This document shows, in pieces, positions 11,366 to 26,067 of a DNA stretch of 64,000 bases. A program made the position numbers and the translations under genes. This stretch comes from Octopus vulgaris (taxonomy: Eukaryota). The notes under the pieces are model-generated. The model ran no database searches and was not told the origin of the DNA. It was given only the letters and a program-made list of their open reading frames with translations. Numbering within the stretch: the first letter of the stretch is position 1; every line of letters begins with the position of its first letter. The DNA lies in assembly GCA_951406725.2 (NCBI GenBank), contig OX597817.1, forward strand, positions 142,972,001 to 143,036,000, given 5' to 3'.

Positions 11366-11560
11366 TATATATATGTATAAAACTACATTTGTGCTATATC
11401 TCTTTACTAGTAATACTACTAAGTAGTTAGTTAGTTAGTTAACCACTACATTGGTAGTAGGCTGGAATATGAAAGTCTACGTTGAATTCTAAACATGACA
11501 GTAGCAGTCGCACCTATATTTGTATACACACACAATGTGATAGACAGACAGACAGACAGG

Positions 11561-11641
<81 letters not shown>

Positions 11642-12461
11642 GGATATGGATGATATATGGTAATCCTCTATACGTATTGTACCATAGAACGTGTGCTTGA
11701 AAAGCTGCAAACCTGGAAAGCGCTTAAGTCAATACGAAAACTTCCGCCAAAATGATTCGTGTCATTCTGTTGTTTTTGTTTTGTTTTGCTTTGTTTCTAT
11801 CGGGGCTTTGTATTTGAATAATTTTTTTTATTTTAGAAAACCTTACTGAAAAGAGTCTGAGAGAGAGATACGGTGTGTGTGTGTGCGCGTGCCGTAGGAA
11901 TGCTGGAATTTGTTTCTTTGTTTTCTTTGAGTTCGGTTCAATCATCCAATATACTGATTATTAAATCTAAACCAAATAATGACATACATACGGACAACAT
12001 TAATTTGTTGGTATTTATTTCTCCGTCTGTGCTAACAAACATATGATGCAGTGTATTTGCCCATTAACACTTCGGCAAGGTACGGCAAAAGTAAATACGT
12101 AGACTTCACACATAAACTTTAAAAGAACGATGAAAGAAGTCTGAAGTAGTTTTCGGTATTTAACGTTGGAAATATTAGTTCTCAATCAATATTCTTTTTT
12201 TCTTTTATCGATTATCTGAACATACTTTAACATGTTGATATTTTAAAATTAAATGTGGTTTTTTTTTTCTTTACTTACAAAAATGCCACTTGACACTCAG
12301 CGAATGTTTGTTGTGAAAAGTAGATGAAAGAGACTTCGCTTTCATAGGAAGATAAATAAATATGGCGTCAGTGTCAAGCTAATAAGACAATGTCTTTTCT
12401 CTTCTGTAAATGAAGATAAACCTATTTCATACAAAGAACTAAATATGCGGTAAGAAATAAT

Positions 12462-13030
12462 CCTTTCTACTATACGCAAAAGGCCTGAAATCTGGGGGAG
12501 GGGAGAATCATCGATTACATCCACCCTAGTACTCAATTGGTACTAAATTTATCGACCCCGAAAGGATGAAAGGCAAAGTCGACCTCGGTGGAATTTGAAC
12601 TGAGAACGTAGCGGCAGACGAAATACCTATTTCTTTACTGCCCACATGGGGCTAAACACAGAGAGGACTAACAAGGACCTACAAACGAATTAAGTCGATT
12701 ATATCAACCCAGTGCGTAACTGGTACTTAATTTATCGACCCCGAAAAGATGAAAGGCAAAGTCGACCTCGGCGGATTTTCAACTCAGAACGTAACGGCAG
12801 ACGAAATACCTATTTCTTTATTACCCACAAGGGGCTAAACAAGGACAGACATAGGTATTAAGTCGACTACTTCGACCCCAGTGCGTAACTGGTACTTAAT
12901 TTATCGACCCCGAAGGGATGAAAGGCAAAGTTGACCTCGGCGGAATTTGAACTCAGAACGTAACGACAGACGAAATACCGCTACGCATTTCGCCCGGCGT
13001 GGTAACGTTTCTGCCAGCTCGCCGCCTTAG
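12462..13030 (-). mobile_element. SINE family B multimer (three units of about 175 bp)
   Basis: tRNA-like head (GGCGGCGAGCTGGCAGAA; GAGTTCAAATTCC); 13-bp TSD ggtaagaaataat at 12449-12461 and 13033-13045. Confidence 0.88.
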
Positions 13031-13584
13031 GTGGTAAGAAATAATGATATTTCGAATACGTGGTGTGCCCTGGTGGCTGTTTAGTATAAGGGAGATAATA
13101 ATTTCTTGATAAATCATTTCTAACTTAGAAGTTTGTGTTCTAAATCTAAGAACAAGATGCATAAAATAAACACATTTCTTCACATTTGCTGAAAATTTCT
13201 AGTTATAGATAATCCTGCGTAGCACAATTTCATTCTTATTAGTCGATGGCAAAAATATTATATTCGATATCTTTTCGATAAATACGAAAGGCATGTTTCA
13301 CAGTTATTCAGACCTCAAACTATAAGCCAAACTTTTAACAGTAATCCCGGAAGTTGCAATGCAAAAAGTAACAATATGCAAATACATGAGGTAAAAGACA
13401 TTCGGTGTAATTGAATTAAGAATTAAATATTTCAAATTTACTATTAGCTTTGATATTCAATTCCACTAAGCATTCGCGACACTCCGAACCAGACTCCAAC
13501 TATCGGCAATATCAACGATCAGCCATATTAATTTGAAGGTTACATAATCACTGCATTCCTCTGAGACATAGCACCAGGAATTTA

Positions 13585-13973
13585 TCTCTATATATAAAAC
13601 TGAAGTTGTCTGTGTATGGCAGGTTTGGTAGCCTTCAACTAACACTATCTCCTCCGAGACCCTGCGGCGCAAGTTGACCGAAATTGAAAGTATGATAGAA
13701 GAAGGCTTGCTCTTCATTCCGTAAGAAGAAAAAATTCAAATCGGACCATGTTAAGACCAAAAATTATTTACATCAAAAAGGTGCTTTTTTTCTATGAAAA
13801 TCCCTATTTGTTACGATTTTTTTACTGCTGTGTCGCCATTTTTCGGTGTATTTCAACCAGAAGAATGTTCACTTAAAGAGAATAACAAGCTACATAATGC
13901 AAAATGTACTTTTTAAAAATTCCAATTCTAAAGGGTCGAAACAAACCCGAGCAACGCCGGACGATACTGCTAG
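13585..13973 (+). mobile_element. Non-autonomous Helitron
   Basis: A|TCTCTATATATAAAACTG start; CCCGAGCAACGCCGG hairpin and CTAG|T end. Confidence 0.87.
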
Positions 13974-14239
13974 TAAGAAGTTAGAATTTAGTTGACATTT
14001 TCAAGTCTCCTTCAAGCTTGATGGCCAGTCATGTCGCCTCGGCGAATGACGGTTCAGCAATGCACAGCTGCAGAGTGAAAGGCATTGGAAAACAACCATC
14101 ACCTTTAACCGACTGTGTGCAGGGTCAAAGGTGAAGACCCAGTAGCATCGTCTATCTGTGTCCGTCGCTTCTTTCCCTATTGCCATTGGATTTATGAACA
14201 AAGTGTGATAGTCCTGGAGTCTTGGTTTGTTGAATAACC

Positions 14240-14644
14240 TATTTCTTTACTACTCACATGGGGCTAAACACAGAGAGGACCTACAAACGGATTAAGTCGA
14301 TTATATCGACCCCAGCGCGTAACTGGTACTTAATTTATCGACCCCGAAAGAATGAAAGGCAAAGTCGATCTCGGCGGAATTTGAACTCAGAACGTAACGG
14401 CAGACGAAATACTATTTCTTTACTACCCACAAGGGGCTAAACACAGAGAGAACAAACAAGGACAGACAAACGGATAAAGTCGATTATATCGACCCCAGTG
14501 CGTAACTGGTCCTTATTTAATCGACCCCGAAAGGATGAAAGCCAAAGTCGACTTCGGCGGAATTTGAACTCAGAACGTAACGGCAGACGAAATACCGCTA
14601 AGTATTTCGCCCGGCGTGCTAAAGACTCTGCCAGCTCGCCGCCT
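14240..14644 (-). mobile_element. SINE family B dimer
   Basis: Two tandem units homologous to 12462-13030; short flanking repeat aaccta. Confidence 0.87.
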
Positions 14645-15324
14645 ACAACCTACAGAATGATTATTATAAAGTGCTTGGTTTGTGCCAAGCCATTCCCACT
14701 CTGTTGTTCAACAGCCCAGTGGGTATCAGGATGCAGCTTTTGCATGGCGTTACCCTATTTTAGACGAAGTGCCACATCTCACTTGGATTCGTTGTGTAGA
14801 GTGTCTTCCTCAAGGGTTTCGCAAATGAAAACGAACTTGCCTCTTCAAAGAATCGCAATACCCTCGCGGTCTTGGCTAGGCAAGATCTTACTAAATTACA
14901 GTACTACCCATACTACCCAAACTAAAACTACGATACAAGCACTTTTAGCTAAAGAACGAACAAAAAATCAGTGTCTCATAGAGTCTATATTTTAATATCT
15001 ACCCAACACGAATAATCGATAATTTTAAATAGAAATGAAAGCTTGTCGGTACATAAATCGCTTCTCTTTTTATCTTCTTTAATTGTAGTCATGAGACTGC
15101 ACAGCGAAAACCAGTCTCAGTGTGGTACTAGCTTAGAGTTTTATTTCTTTCAACAGATTAATAAAAACTGATTGTTGCTGACAATGCTGAAAGAGTAATT
15201 CACGAATTATAGTCACGTAGTCACATGTAGACGAAAAGACGGTTCTCTAGCCTACAGAAAACATCCACGGTTACCACATAAATATGTGTGTGTGTGAAAG
15301 AACGTGTTTGTGTGTGTATAAAAG

Positions 15325-15382
<58 letters not shown>

Positions 15383-15513
15383 AATATCGTCTTACTTGTT
15401 CGTCATTATATTGCAGACGCATTGGAACATAGCGTTGAAGATTTTTTTACGAATCGAAAAGTACTTAATATATACTTATGTATACATACACACGCACTTT
15501 CTCTCTCTTTCTT

Positions 15514-15566
<53 letters not shown>

Positions 15567-15797
15567 CACTCACTTCTGTGATATCACTAATTCCTCAAGC
15601 AGAATGTCGACGACGTCGCTTCCGATTTCGCTGTCTGAAAAGTAACGCAAAGCTCACAAAGTTTACCTCTCCTCTTCCGGCATACTCTGACCATAGTCAA
15701 AAATCTAGTATGTGATTCACCAACTAATTCCCCCATTCAACTCCGCACTAATCTTCCTCCCTACCCACTTTTACCTCCCCTGAATGCCTCCTTCTAA

Positions 15798-15851
15798 ACA
15801 TCCGTCAAATGTAAATAATGTACATAATTCCTCATCTCTGAAATATAGAAC
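15798..15851 (+). mobile_element. 3' remnant of the hammerhead-tail element
   Basis: ccgtcaaatgtaaataatgtacataattcctcatctctgaaatatagaac matches the reverse complement of 8367-8423. Confidence 0.7.
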
Positions 15852-16089
15852 ACATACTATTTGTTTAATGGTTAATCTAGCGCTGAGTATTTTGAAAATG
15901 GAAATAATTTTCAGAACGCAGTTTTCCCCAAATTTGCTGTTGTATAAAATCCAGTCGTGCAATTTTCAATTGGTTGGTGAGAAATTGCCAAACCCTGCTA
16001 AGGACAGCGATAAAACATTGCCTTTCGTCCTTTTGAGATGTAAACGTTCAGTAACAGGATCAATGTAATCGACTTACAGCCTCCTCCTC

Positions 16090-16125
<36 letters not shown>

Positions 16126-16194
16126 TAACATCGCTTGCCTTGAGCATCTTTATAATAATCTGCTTGTTCGTTGGCATGTTATAATGTAGTTAGC

Positions 16195-16660
16195 AAGAGA
16201 GGTAGAGTGAGTGAGAAGTGGAGTGAGTGAGATGTGCAGTGAGTGAGTGTTGAGTGGTGGAGTGAGTGAGCGGTGGAGTGCGTGAGAGATGGAATGGGCG
16301 AGAGGGGGAGTGAGCGAGAGGTGAAATAGGTGAGAGGTGAGGTGGGTGAGAGGTGGAGTGAGAGGTGGAATAAATGTGAGGTGGAATGGGTGAGGTTGAT
16401 TGAGTGAGAGGTGGAGTGGGTGAGAAGTGGAGAGAGTGAGAGGTGGAGTGAGTGAGAGGTGGAATAGGTGAGAGGTGAGGTGGTTGAAAGTTGACGTGAG
16501 AGGTGGAATAAATGTGAGGTGGAGTGAGTGAGAGGTGGAGCAGGTGAGAGGTGGAGTGAATGTGAGGTAGAATAAGTAAGATGTGGAGTGATTGAGTGAG
16601 AGAGTGGAGATGTGTGAGTAGAGAAGAAGGAAGTGTGGAAGAAGTGGAGAAAGATGTATA
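16195..16660. repeat. Degenerate purine-rich tandem repeat (GAGTGAGAGGTG-like)
   Basis: Repeated gtgagaggtggagt units; almost no C on the + strand. Confidence 0.85.
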
Positions 16661-16981
16661 ATGTGTCACGTGATTAGTTGAAGGGAGAAGCGAAGAGCGA
16701 GAGAAAAAGGTGGTGAGAGAAAAGAGGGAGAGAGAAATGATAACGGCGTGCTATGGAGTGGGGAGGGAAAGGTAAATCCAAAGAGATACGTTTAAGATAC
16801 AATATTTAACAGAGGGTAATGTTCTGGTGGTGAGGTCAAAGAAAAGCAGATAAAGAGAGAAATCGGCAGGGGAGGTAGTTACATTAAGAGAAAGAGAGAG
16901 CGGGGAAGATAGCGCTTGTATTATCAGAGTAGAGATACATCGACGGCAATGAAACAAAATGGGTTTTGTTACTGGAAACTA

Positions 16982-17015
<34 letters not shown>

Positions 17016-17080
17016 GGTGGTGGTGGTGGTGATGGTGGTGGTGGTGTGTTGATAGTGAAAATAATTTTTTTAAAAATAAA

Positions 17081-17440
17081 TCTCTCTCTATATAAACGGC
17101 AAAATGTCTGTGTATGTGTCCTTTATACAAATCCACAATGTTTCAGTTAGAGGGCTCGCACTTTCTATGGCCATTCAAAACCGTCCAAGGGTGGTCGTGC
17201 ACATCTTTACATTTCCCCTGTCATCCCGCAAAGCCATAAAAAAAATCGAAGTGCCTTTTTGTGAATTTTCTATCCAAAACCCAGTCAAAATGCCCGAAAT
17301 TTGATACGCCAATTGAATGCCAGCTAGCTGTATGTGATTGGTCGGAGAGTAGGACAGTACTCGCGTGTATGTGCGCACGCACGCAGCTGTATATGCAAGC
17401 ACTAAAACTATGACCCGGCATTGCCGGGTCATAGTGCTAG
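17081..17440 (+). mobile_element. Non-autonomous Helitron, second family
   Basis: A|TC start; perfect hairpin ACTATGACCCGGCA-T-TGCCGGGTCATAGT followed by CTAG|T. Confidence 0.87.
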
Positions 17441-17985
17441 TCTATAATATTATTTTACCTGTTCGTTAACTCTTTGCGCTTTAGTTTGTGAGAGATAGAG
17501 AAAGAGAGAAAGAGGAAATGTGAAAGCGAGTAAGAGAAGAGATAACCAGCCGATGCATCATGCTGTCACTTACGTAGTTAGTGGAAGCGACAGGTGAAGA
17601 GAAAGAGAGAAATGAAGAAAGGAACTACACGGTTAAAAAGTTTGTTGAAGAGGTAAAGAGAGACAGAAATATAAAGCGATTAATAGAGGGAAATTTTAAA
17701 ATCATAGAATCTGTTAGTGTGTCAGGAAGTGAAAATAACTTAGCAAAATAGAGATAAACATGTAAAACATCTTCTCTTTCTTAAATAGCTTCTGTTAATC
17801 TTTATCGTTCTGTAGGAATTTCTACGGATCCTACCAGACGTTAATATTATTTGAACTTATGGCATAAATAATGAAATGTTTCTGTCGAATGGTTTGTAAA
17901 ACTGGACGGAACTGAGGTAGAATTAAATGCTACGCAGTGTCATGCCTATTCGGCTCATCGAGGCAATGATATGTGTGTGTGTGTG

Positions 17986-18047
<62 letters not shown>

Positions 18048-18060
18048 CATAGATAGATAG

Positions 18061-18228
<168 letters not shown>

Positions 18229-18575
18229 TTATGAGTAATATGATAGGGTTGATTCAGTCAACTAATGGCTCGATGTCTAAATTTATGTCTTTATTAAAGA
18301 AACGCCATGTTTGTATACTATTAAGGGAAGCGTATCTGTCGCTGTTCTTGACAACGTAGAACGATAAAGAGACGTTCAGAGTGATTGATTGGTTGATTTA
18401 CCGAGCGATAAGTATCGATACATATATCTACACATCAATCATAGTTATATAGGCAATAATATATAAAAATGTACCGATATTATACGTCAATGATTGTGCT
18501 TGTAAAATATAAGGGCAAGTTATATATATATATATTTATATATATATATATATACATACACGTGCGCACACATAC

Positions 18576-18611
<36 letters not shown>

Positions 18612-18612
18612 T

Positions 18613-18647
<35 letters not shown>

Positions 18648-18659
18648 ACATATATATTG

Positions 18660-18940
18660 TATTGTATTGCCTTAATTCGTTCGTTTTTTCCCAATGTCAT
18701 TTGATTTTACGCAAAACGTATTTTTTTAGTGTTTTTTTTTTTTAGCTCTATGCTCTATGCTTTTTCAACAACTTTCGTTTATTGCTTTAGAAATTTGAAT
18801 AAATTTTACCTCTTTTCACACATATGATGATGGAGTGCCAATTAGAAGATAAAAATGAGCACTTTTGGCAACTGCTTCTGTTCGCTTTCAATCAAGATTG
18901 CAAAGTTGCCGGAACCGTTGGTGATACTTGGGCTGCATAC
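18660..18940 (+). mobile_element. mariner 5' fragment
   Basis: MECQLEDKNEHFWQLLLFAFNQ resembles a mariner transposase N-terminus. Confidence 0.6.
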
Positions 18941-18955
18941 GAACCAGCCATTTTT

Positions 18956-19511
18956 CGTGGTCTGCTCAAAGAGTATCAGGAGTGGTGCTATAAAAAGAAA
19001 TCTACAACAAATATCGATTCAGCATTTCATCTCTTTTGAAGCCGTCCCCCTTCAAAAGCCACACACTTTATCCGGCGCCGTTTCTATTGATGGAGGCATC
19101 CCTGGAACTCCATTTTTAAAGACAGTGAGCAGCTGCCTGGTCGCATTTTGTTGTATTTCCTCGACGTCTTTAAGCTTTCTTCGTTTCAAGTGGGATTCTT
19201 TAAAAGCCTTGTGTTCGGGATCGTAGCCTTAGACCCACGATTCATTAACTGTTATGACCGTTTTCAAAATTTTTTTCGTTTTCCTCGACACAATCAAGAA
19301 AATCCTGTCCAGCTGAAGTCCGATCTTATTATTTTTTTTAAGACGACCACACTCTACTTCTAAGCACTGTTATAAGCAACAGAAGTGAGCGACAACGTTG
19401 TAACTTACTATGCATGAGCAACAGAGTTCAAGGTCAAACTGTGCCAAGAGGCTTTACTCTGCATACTTCGTTACTATAGCAACAGTCCTGATGCTTTTTG
19501 ATCAGACATCG
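18956..19511. mobile_element. mariner-derived internally deleted element (MITE-like)
   Basis: Imperfect TIRs CGTGGTCTGCTCAAAGAGTATCAGGAG and GTCCTGATGCTTTTTGATCAGACATCG|TA. Confidence 0.7.
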
Positions 19512-19687
19512 TACATTTTCCTTTATGCACAGACCTCTACTCGCATCTAAACACTATCACACCAACTGATTACGTGAACCCATCCATCCACAAGCACACA
19601 CACGCAAATACATACACATACACACACATATATATATACACACACATTTCACACAAACACTGACTCTCACACACACACACATACACA

Positions 19688-19774
<87 letters not shown>

Positions 19775-20214
19775 TTCACACAGACACACATGCACACAAA
19801 CAGACACACAAACACATACACTAATAAGAATAGTTATCTGTCCAACTAGAACAAAAAATGTTTTTCACGGAAACAAACCCCTCCAAATTAACAGGAGACA
19901 CAACATTCATTAGAAATTCACTAGTCTTCCAAATAAAGCCGTTCAAATTACTCAGCTGAGAAACTTTACGCGCACGCACACGCAGACACGCGCGCGCGCA
20001 CACACAAACACACTCAGGCACACACAAATACACATACACTCACAAACATACACACACACACACAAACATACATACACACATATACACACACACAAAGACA
20101 CAAACTCAAACACACACACACAAACACACATACACACACACACAAGCACACACACTCACACACACACTCACACACCCACAAGCAAACACACACAGACATA
20201 CAAACACACACACA

Positions 20215-20248
<34 letters not shown>

Positions 20249-20364
20249 AACACACAAACACACACACAAACACACACATACAAATACACACACACACACA
20301 CACACAAACCTACAAAAACATAAACACACCACATTTCTTTACACAAATTCATTGTCATATACCT

Positions 20365-20790
20365 AGGCGCAGGAGTGGGTGCGTTGTAACTAGCTCGTTT
20401 ACCAACCACATAGTTTCGGGTTCAGTCCCACTGCGTGGCACCTTGGGCAAGTGTCTTCTACTATAGCCTCGGACCGACCAAAGGCTGCTGAGTGGGTTTG
20501 GTAGATGGAAACTGAAAGAAGCCTGTCGTATGTGTGTGTGTGTGTGTGTGCGTGTGTGTGTGTGTGTGTGTGTGCGTACGTGCGTGCATGCATGTGTGTC
20601 TTTATGTCTACGTTTAGCTTCTCCCCACCTCGCACCGCAACTTAACAGTTCGACTCAAAAGACCGATAGAATAAGTTCAAGCCTCAGTGAAAAAGTACTA
20701 AGGATGATTCGTTCGACTAAAAGTCTTCAAGTCGGTGCCCCAGCATGGCCGCGATTTAATGAATGAAACAAGTAGAAGATAAACGATAAA
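20365..20790 (+). mobile_element. SINE family A (tRNA head, CORE-like ccttgggcaagtgtctt, internal microsatellite, LINE-like tail)
   Basis: Colinear with 28521-28936. Confidence 0.85.
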
Positions 20791-20805
20791 ATGAAAAACA
20801 AAAAA

Positions 20806-21425
20806 AAAGAGCACTCAGAGAGCACAGACCTCCGCCAAGGCAACTCCAACGTCCTCTCGACCATTCGCCAGAGACGATTTTTAAAATGAAAATATCTGAA
20901 ATAAACTCGATTGCTGTTTTTTGTTGAATAAAATTTATTGAAAAAAAGCCGCAATAATTATGCACCGACGTAATATATTTTTTTCTGATTTTTGAGATGT
21001 GTATATTACTTAACAATACAAATAGGCATTTAGATGTAAAATAAACTGAACAAAGGCACTGAGAGCGCAAACCTCCGCCAAGGCAACACCAACATCCTCT
21101 CAACAATTAACAGGAGAGGATTTTTAAAATGAGAATATCTGAAATAAACTCGAATGTTCTCACAAACGAGAATACTAAAAATGAAACTGACCGCTCTCAA
21201 GAGTTAAGTAAAAAAAACAAAAAAAAACAGGAAAAATAATCCAGAACCCTTGTCCGGTACCGGATCGATCCCAGAATCTAATCAGTTCGTGCCAGTCATG
21301 AGGCCAAACATCCCTGAAAGTTTCATCCGAATCCATGCAGCGGTTCTTGAGATATCTTGTCCACGGACAAACAAACAAACACGACTGAAAACAATACCAC
21401 CGCTTTCGCTGAGGCGGAGGTAGTA
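20806..21425. mobile_element. Non-autonomous Helentron/DINE-1-like element with a duplicated end
   Basis: Subterminal inverted motif ACCTCCGCC (20828, 21071) and GGCGGAGGT (21413); internal (CAAA)n; A-rich flanks. Confidence 0.6.
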
Positions 21426-21589
21426 ATAACAGAAATGAACTAATACACCAACCAACTAACCAATCAACCAACTGTAAACAAATTAATGACACCGCCCCCA
21501 ACATCATCTGCAATAGCATGAAATATTTACACACCCTATAAATTACATCACACAACTAATGTAATGATACATGTGCCAGACCATCCATG

Positions 21590-22430
21590 CTCATCAATGG
21601 ATATGTGTGGCCTGGTGCAGAGTCCTGTTGCGAGACATAGAATCTTCCAGCAGCCACCCACTTGACCCAGGGCAGCACTACCTCCTCCAAGCATTTGATG
21701 TAGGCTTCCTTGTTGAGTCTGAAGAAGTGTGGGAAGATAAATAGAGGCATAACGTTGCCATCACTAGTGATCACTCCAGACACCATGATGATGGCTAGAT
21801 GTTTGATTTTTATCACCATGGGTACATGTTTTGGGGACACGGCAAGCCAACGGCTTTTCTGCAGGTTCACCATCTGATCCTGGCAGAAATTTTTCTCGCC
21901 TGAGAAAAAACAAAGCATGTTTGGTTGGAGGGAATGCTTGATTTTGTTCAAAAGCTTCTCAACGCGGTCTTTCCTCTTGTCCTTGATGGCTTGGAATAAA
22001 AATTGGCTCTTCCTCATCTTGTATGAGGAATACCAAATGTCTTCATGCACTTCCTGCCTGATAAGAAACTCAGACACTCCCATATCCCTGGCGATGGACC
22101 TGATTGACTTGAAGGGTGTCGTTGCCAATCATGGCCTGGACCTCACCAACAAATTTACAAGTTCTTTTCTTATCAGAATGATCAGAACGAGTTTTCCGAG
22201 CAGCCGTACCTTCGTAATCACCATTAGACTCATCCAATTCTTTCCGAATCTTCTGCACTGCCCTCAGATTGACACCCAAACAATCTGAAATGTTCGTATT
22301 GGAGCTTTCGGCGTGAATGCCAAGCAGTACAGAATGTCGTTTCCAAATTTCTGGTAGAGTGAATTGCATTATGGTGCTGTTTTTCTCACAGACAGTGCCC
22401 AACTGACCCTACTATACTGTCTAGTCGACA
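21590..22430 (-). mobile_element. Tc1/mariner (maT/DD37D-like) transposase remnant
   Basis: KSIRSIARDMGVSEFLIR HTH, FFSGEKNF (degenerate FSDEK), QQDSAPGH; frameshifted across two ORFs. Confidence 0.8.
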
Positions 22431-22556
22431 CGTTCCCATTCGTCGGATAGTTTTGTTAGATATTTCTGCTGCTTTTAAATAAAGCATATTACTCTATCTC
22501 TGGTATTTAAGTACCCCTTTTACCACCTTGTTTCACATTTATGTGCTTACTCCGGA

Positions 22557-22606
<50 letters not shown>

Positions 22607-22614
22607 GCACACAT

Positions 22615-22656
<42 letters not shown>

Positions 22657-22696
22657 GCATATACGTATACATATACACACACACACACACACACGC

Positions 22697-22739
<43 letters not shown>

Positions 22740-23284
22740 CATACATACATGCATGCATACATACATACATACATACATACATACATACATACATACATAC
22801 ATACATACATACATACATACATACATACATACATACACATATATATACACACATACACATGCATATTTGTGGACGTCACCAAACAGTAAGCAACGTGAAA
22901 TTCGAAAGCAAATGAATTCAATACGCAAACAACAAGAGAAACAAATGAAAAACAGGACAAGTAACACAAAAAACGACCCTTCATCAGTTGTCGGCTGCCT
23001 ATCTACTCATTTCGAGCAATGAACGACAATATGAGTCGCCGAAGAGAGTTGCTCCCGTACGTGCCAAAATAAAATTTGGGACTTATGGAGGGCCAAACTT
23101 GGGAACAAAAACAGGACAATGGAGACAAACAAAGAAACCGAACGAAAACAAACATGGAGGGTCGTTGGACCAGAACGAGAGGGAAAATAGCGGACACTGG
23201 AGAAATATTTTCTTTGAGAAGAGAAAGGATATAAGAGAGAGATAGGATACGTGCTACTTTCGTATTTCATGTTCATTTATGCTT

Positions 23285-23336
<52 letters not shown>

Positions 23337-24332
23337 GCTTGTATATATACATATTATATATGTGTGTATGTGTATATGTGTGTTTATGTGTGTACATATA
23401 TACAACGGGCTTCTTTCAGTTTCCGTCCACCAAATCCACCCACAAGACTCTGGTGGGCCCGAGGCTATAGAAGAAGACACTTAAAAGAAATATAATTTTT
23501 TCAGGGGAATATGATAATTGATAGTTATAATAATGGGTCGTTCGTTCTGGCGTGTTGGGATTGAAGAGTTGAAGGTATTCTGGTGAGGGACAGGGACAGT
23601 AGGCCATTAATTAGACGGATATCTATTCCTGGAAATTATGTGTAATGGCGTGGGTTTGTAGTTGTGGGCGTGTGTTGCAATGGGGATGTGTTGTAGACAA
23701 ATATTTGGATATGAGGATGGACAAATGTGAGAGGCCAGAGAAGAAGACAGAGAGCGGAGCAGTGATGCGTGTATGATTATCGAATTAGGGGACAAAGAAA
23801 AGGCCAAGTTGTTATCAAGATAGATAAACACACACGCACGTGCGCTTATATATGTGTGTGATGTGAGCTTGTGTGCTGGCGTGTGTATCCAAGGATACGA
23901 ATAAACACTTGAATGAATTGACTTATTAATTCATTGATTGATTGATTAATGAGTTCAATGAGGTTACTGTTAGGTCAAGCAGTAGGTTAGTCAGACTCAC
24001 ATAAAGATAGTTTTATGTATTTAAGAAGACTTTATGTTCTATTTTCATAATTCTCGTGATAACCTTCGTTCTTTTTTAATGTTGATCAGGGATCAATAAA
24101 TTAAATACTAGTCATATAGTGACAGGTTCTACTTCTTCGGGTCAGAAGAGACCTAGAAATAATAGTGGCTAAGGACTGGTCCCGCACTCCCCAAAACTCT
24201 AGACCTTTTGAACCCGGTTCCCGCTACAGGATGCAGCTTAAAGTCACACCGAAGAAAATCGATATGACAAGGGGTGTAATTATCTTTACCTAGAGCCACA
24301 TACAAGGAGATATTGGGGACTTTCGATTAATA

Positions 24333-25125
<793 letters not shown>

Positions 25126-25749
25126 AGTAGCATTGGGGTCTAGCATGTTATTCCCTATTTGGTAGGTTAAACGGGCATCACTGTCAGTCATGCATCCCCT
25201 AATTCATTCGTGTGCTGGCTCCAGGTGCCATAACCTGGTACACTTCCTCGGCTAGCGAGCTAGAACATAGATGAGAAGGGTGTTAACATTGCACCCCTAA
25301 GTGGGAGTGGAGCCATTGCAACATCCAACGGCCAGGCCAGAACGATCTCATGACCAACAACCAGATGTCCACCGTTGAGCGCAACCCTGTCGAATGGGAA
25401 GCGAAGTCCGCTATAATTCGTGGACCTCAGTTACCAGTCAACAAAAACAGCTCCATTTAGTCCGTTACTTAAATGCAAGTCATTGGACTTCAGATTATTT
25501 TAACACACTTTTCCCGAAAAAAAAAACCCGAGTTATCAAAAATTGTTCAAAGTACAGAAATATCGCCTGCTGGAGTTTTTGACTGCCTCAGTCAATCTAG
25601 TCAATACAACAATGTTGTGTCCTTGTGACAATCAAATTTCTATATTCTATAGATTAAATACCGATTATCCGCTTTTTAAATATTGTAGCTTTCAAACAAT
25701 GACATGTGTGCGTGTGTGTGTGTATGTATATATATATATATATATATAT

Positions 25750-25950
25750 ATCCAAACAAGAAAACAAAAACAAATAAACAACAACGCAAGGACGTGGAAC
25801 AAATAAAGTATTATTGGACGCTCAGGAAAGAAGGGAAGAAGGAGGACTTGACGTTTCGAGCGGAGCTCTTCGTCAAAAACATAGAAGGAAAGATCCCGAG
25901 AAGGGAAGACAGGGGGAAAAAATCGCTAGTGATACAGACGAGGTCACATA
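25750..25950 (-). mobile_element. Short hammerhead-containing element in (TA)n, degenerate core
   Basis: UUGACGA-A-GAGC(ucc)GCUC-GAAACGUC at about 25846-25880. Confidence 0.72.
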
Positions 25951-25995
<45 letters not shown>

Positions 25996-26067
25996 TCGGT
26001 CGGTTACGACGACAAGGATTCCAGTTGATCCAATCAATGGAACAGTCTGCTCGTGAAGTTATATCTA

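Noticed and set aside
12462-13030. CRISPR-like repeat-spacer array
   Set aside because: Units are about 175-bp SINE repeats with homologous rather than unique spacers; eukaryotic context, no cas genes.
22860-23280. Possible hammerhead in a (TA)n-embedded insert
   Set aside because: On the minus strand the GAGCAA/UUGCUC-GAAA half and the CUGAUGA are in the wrong order and do not assemble into a core.
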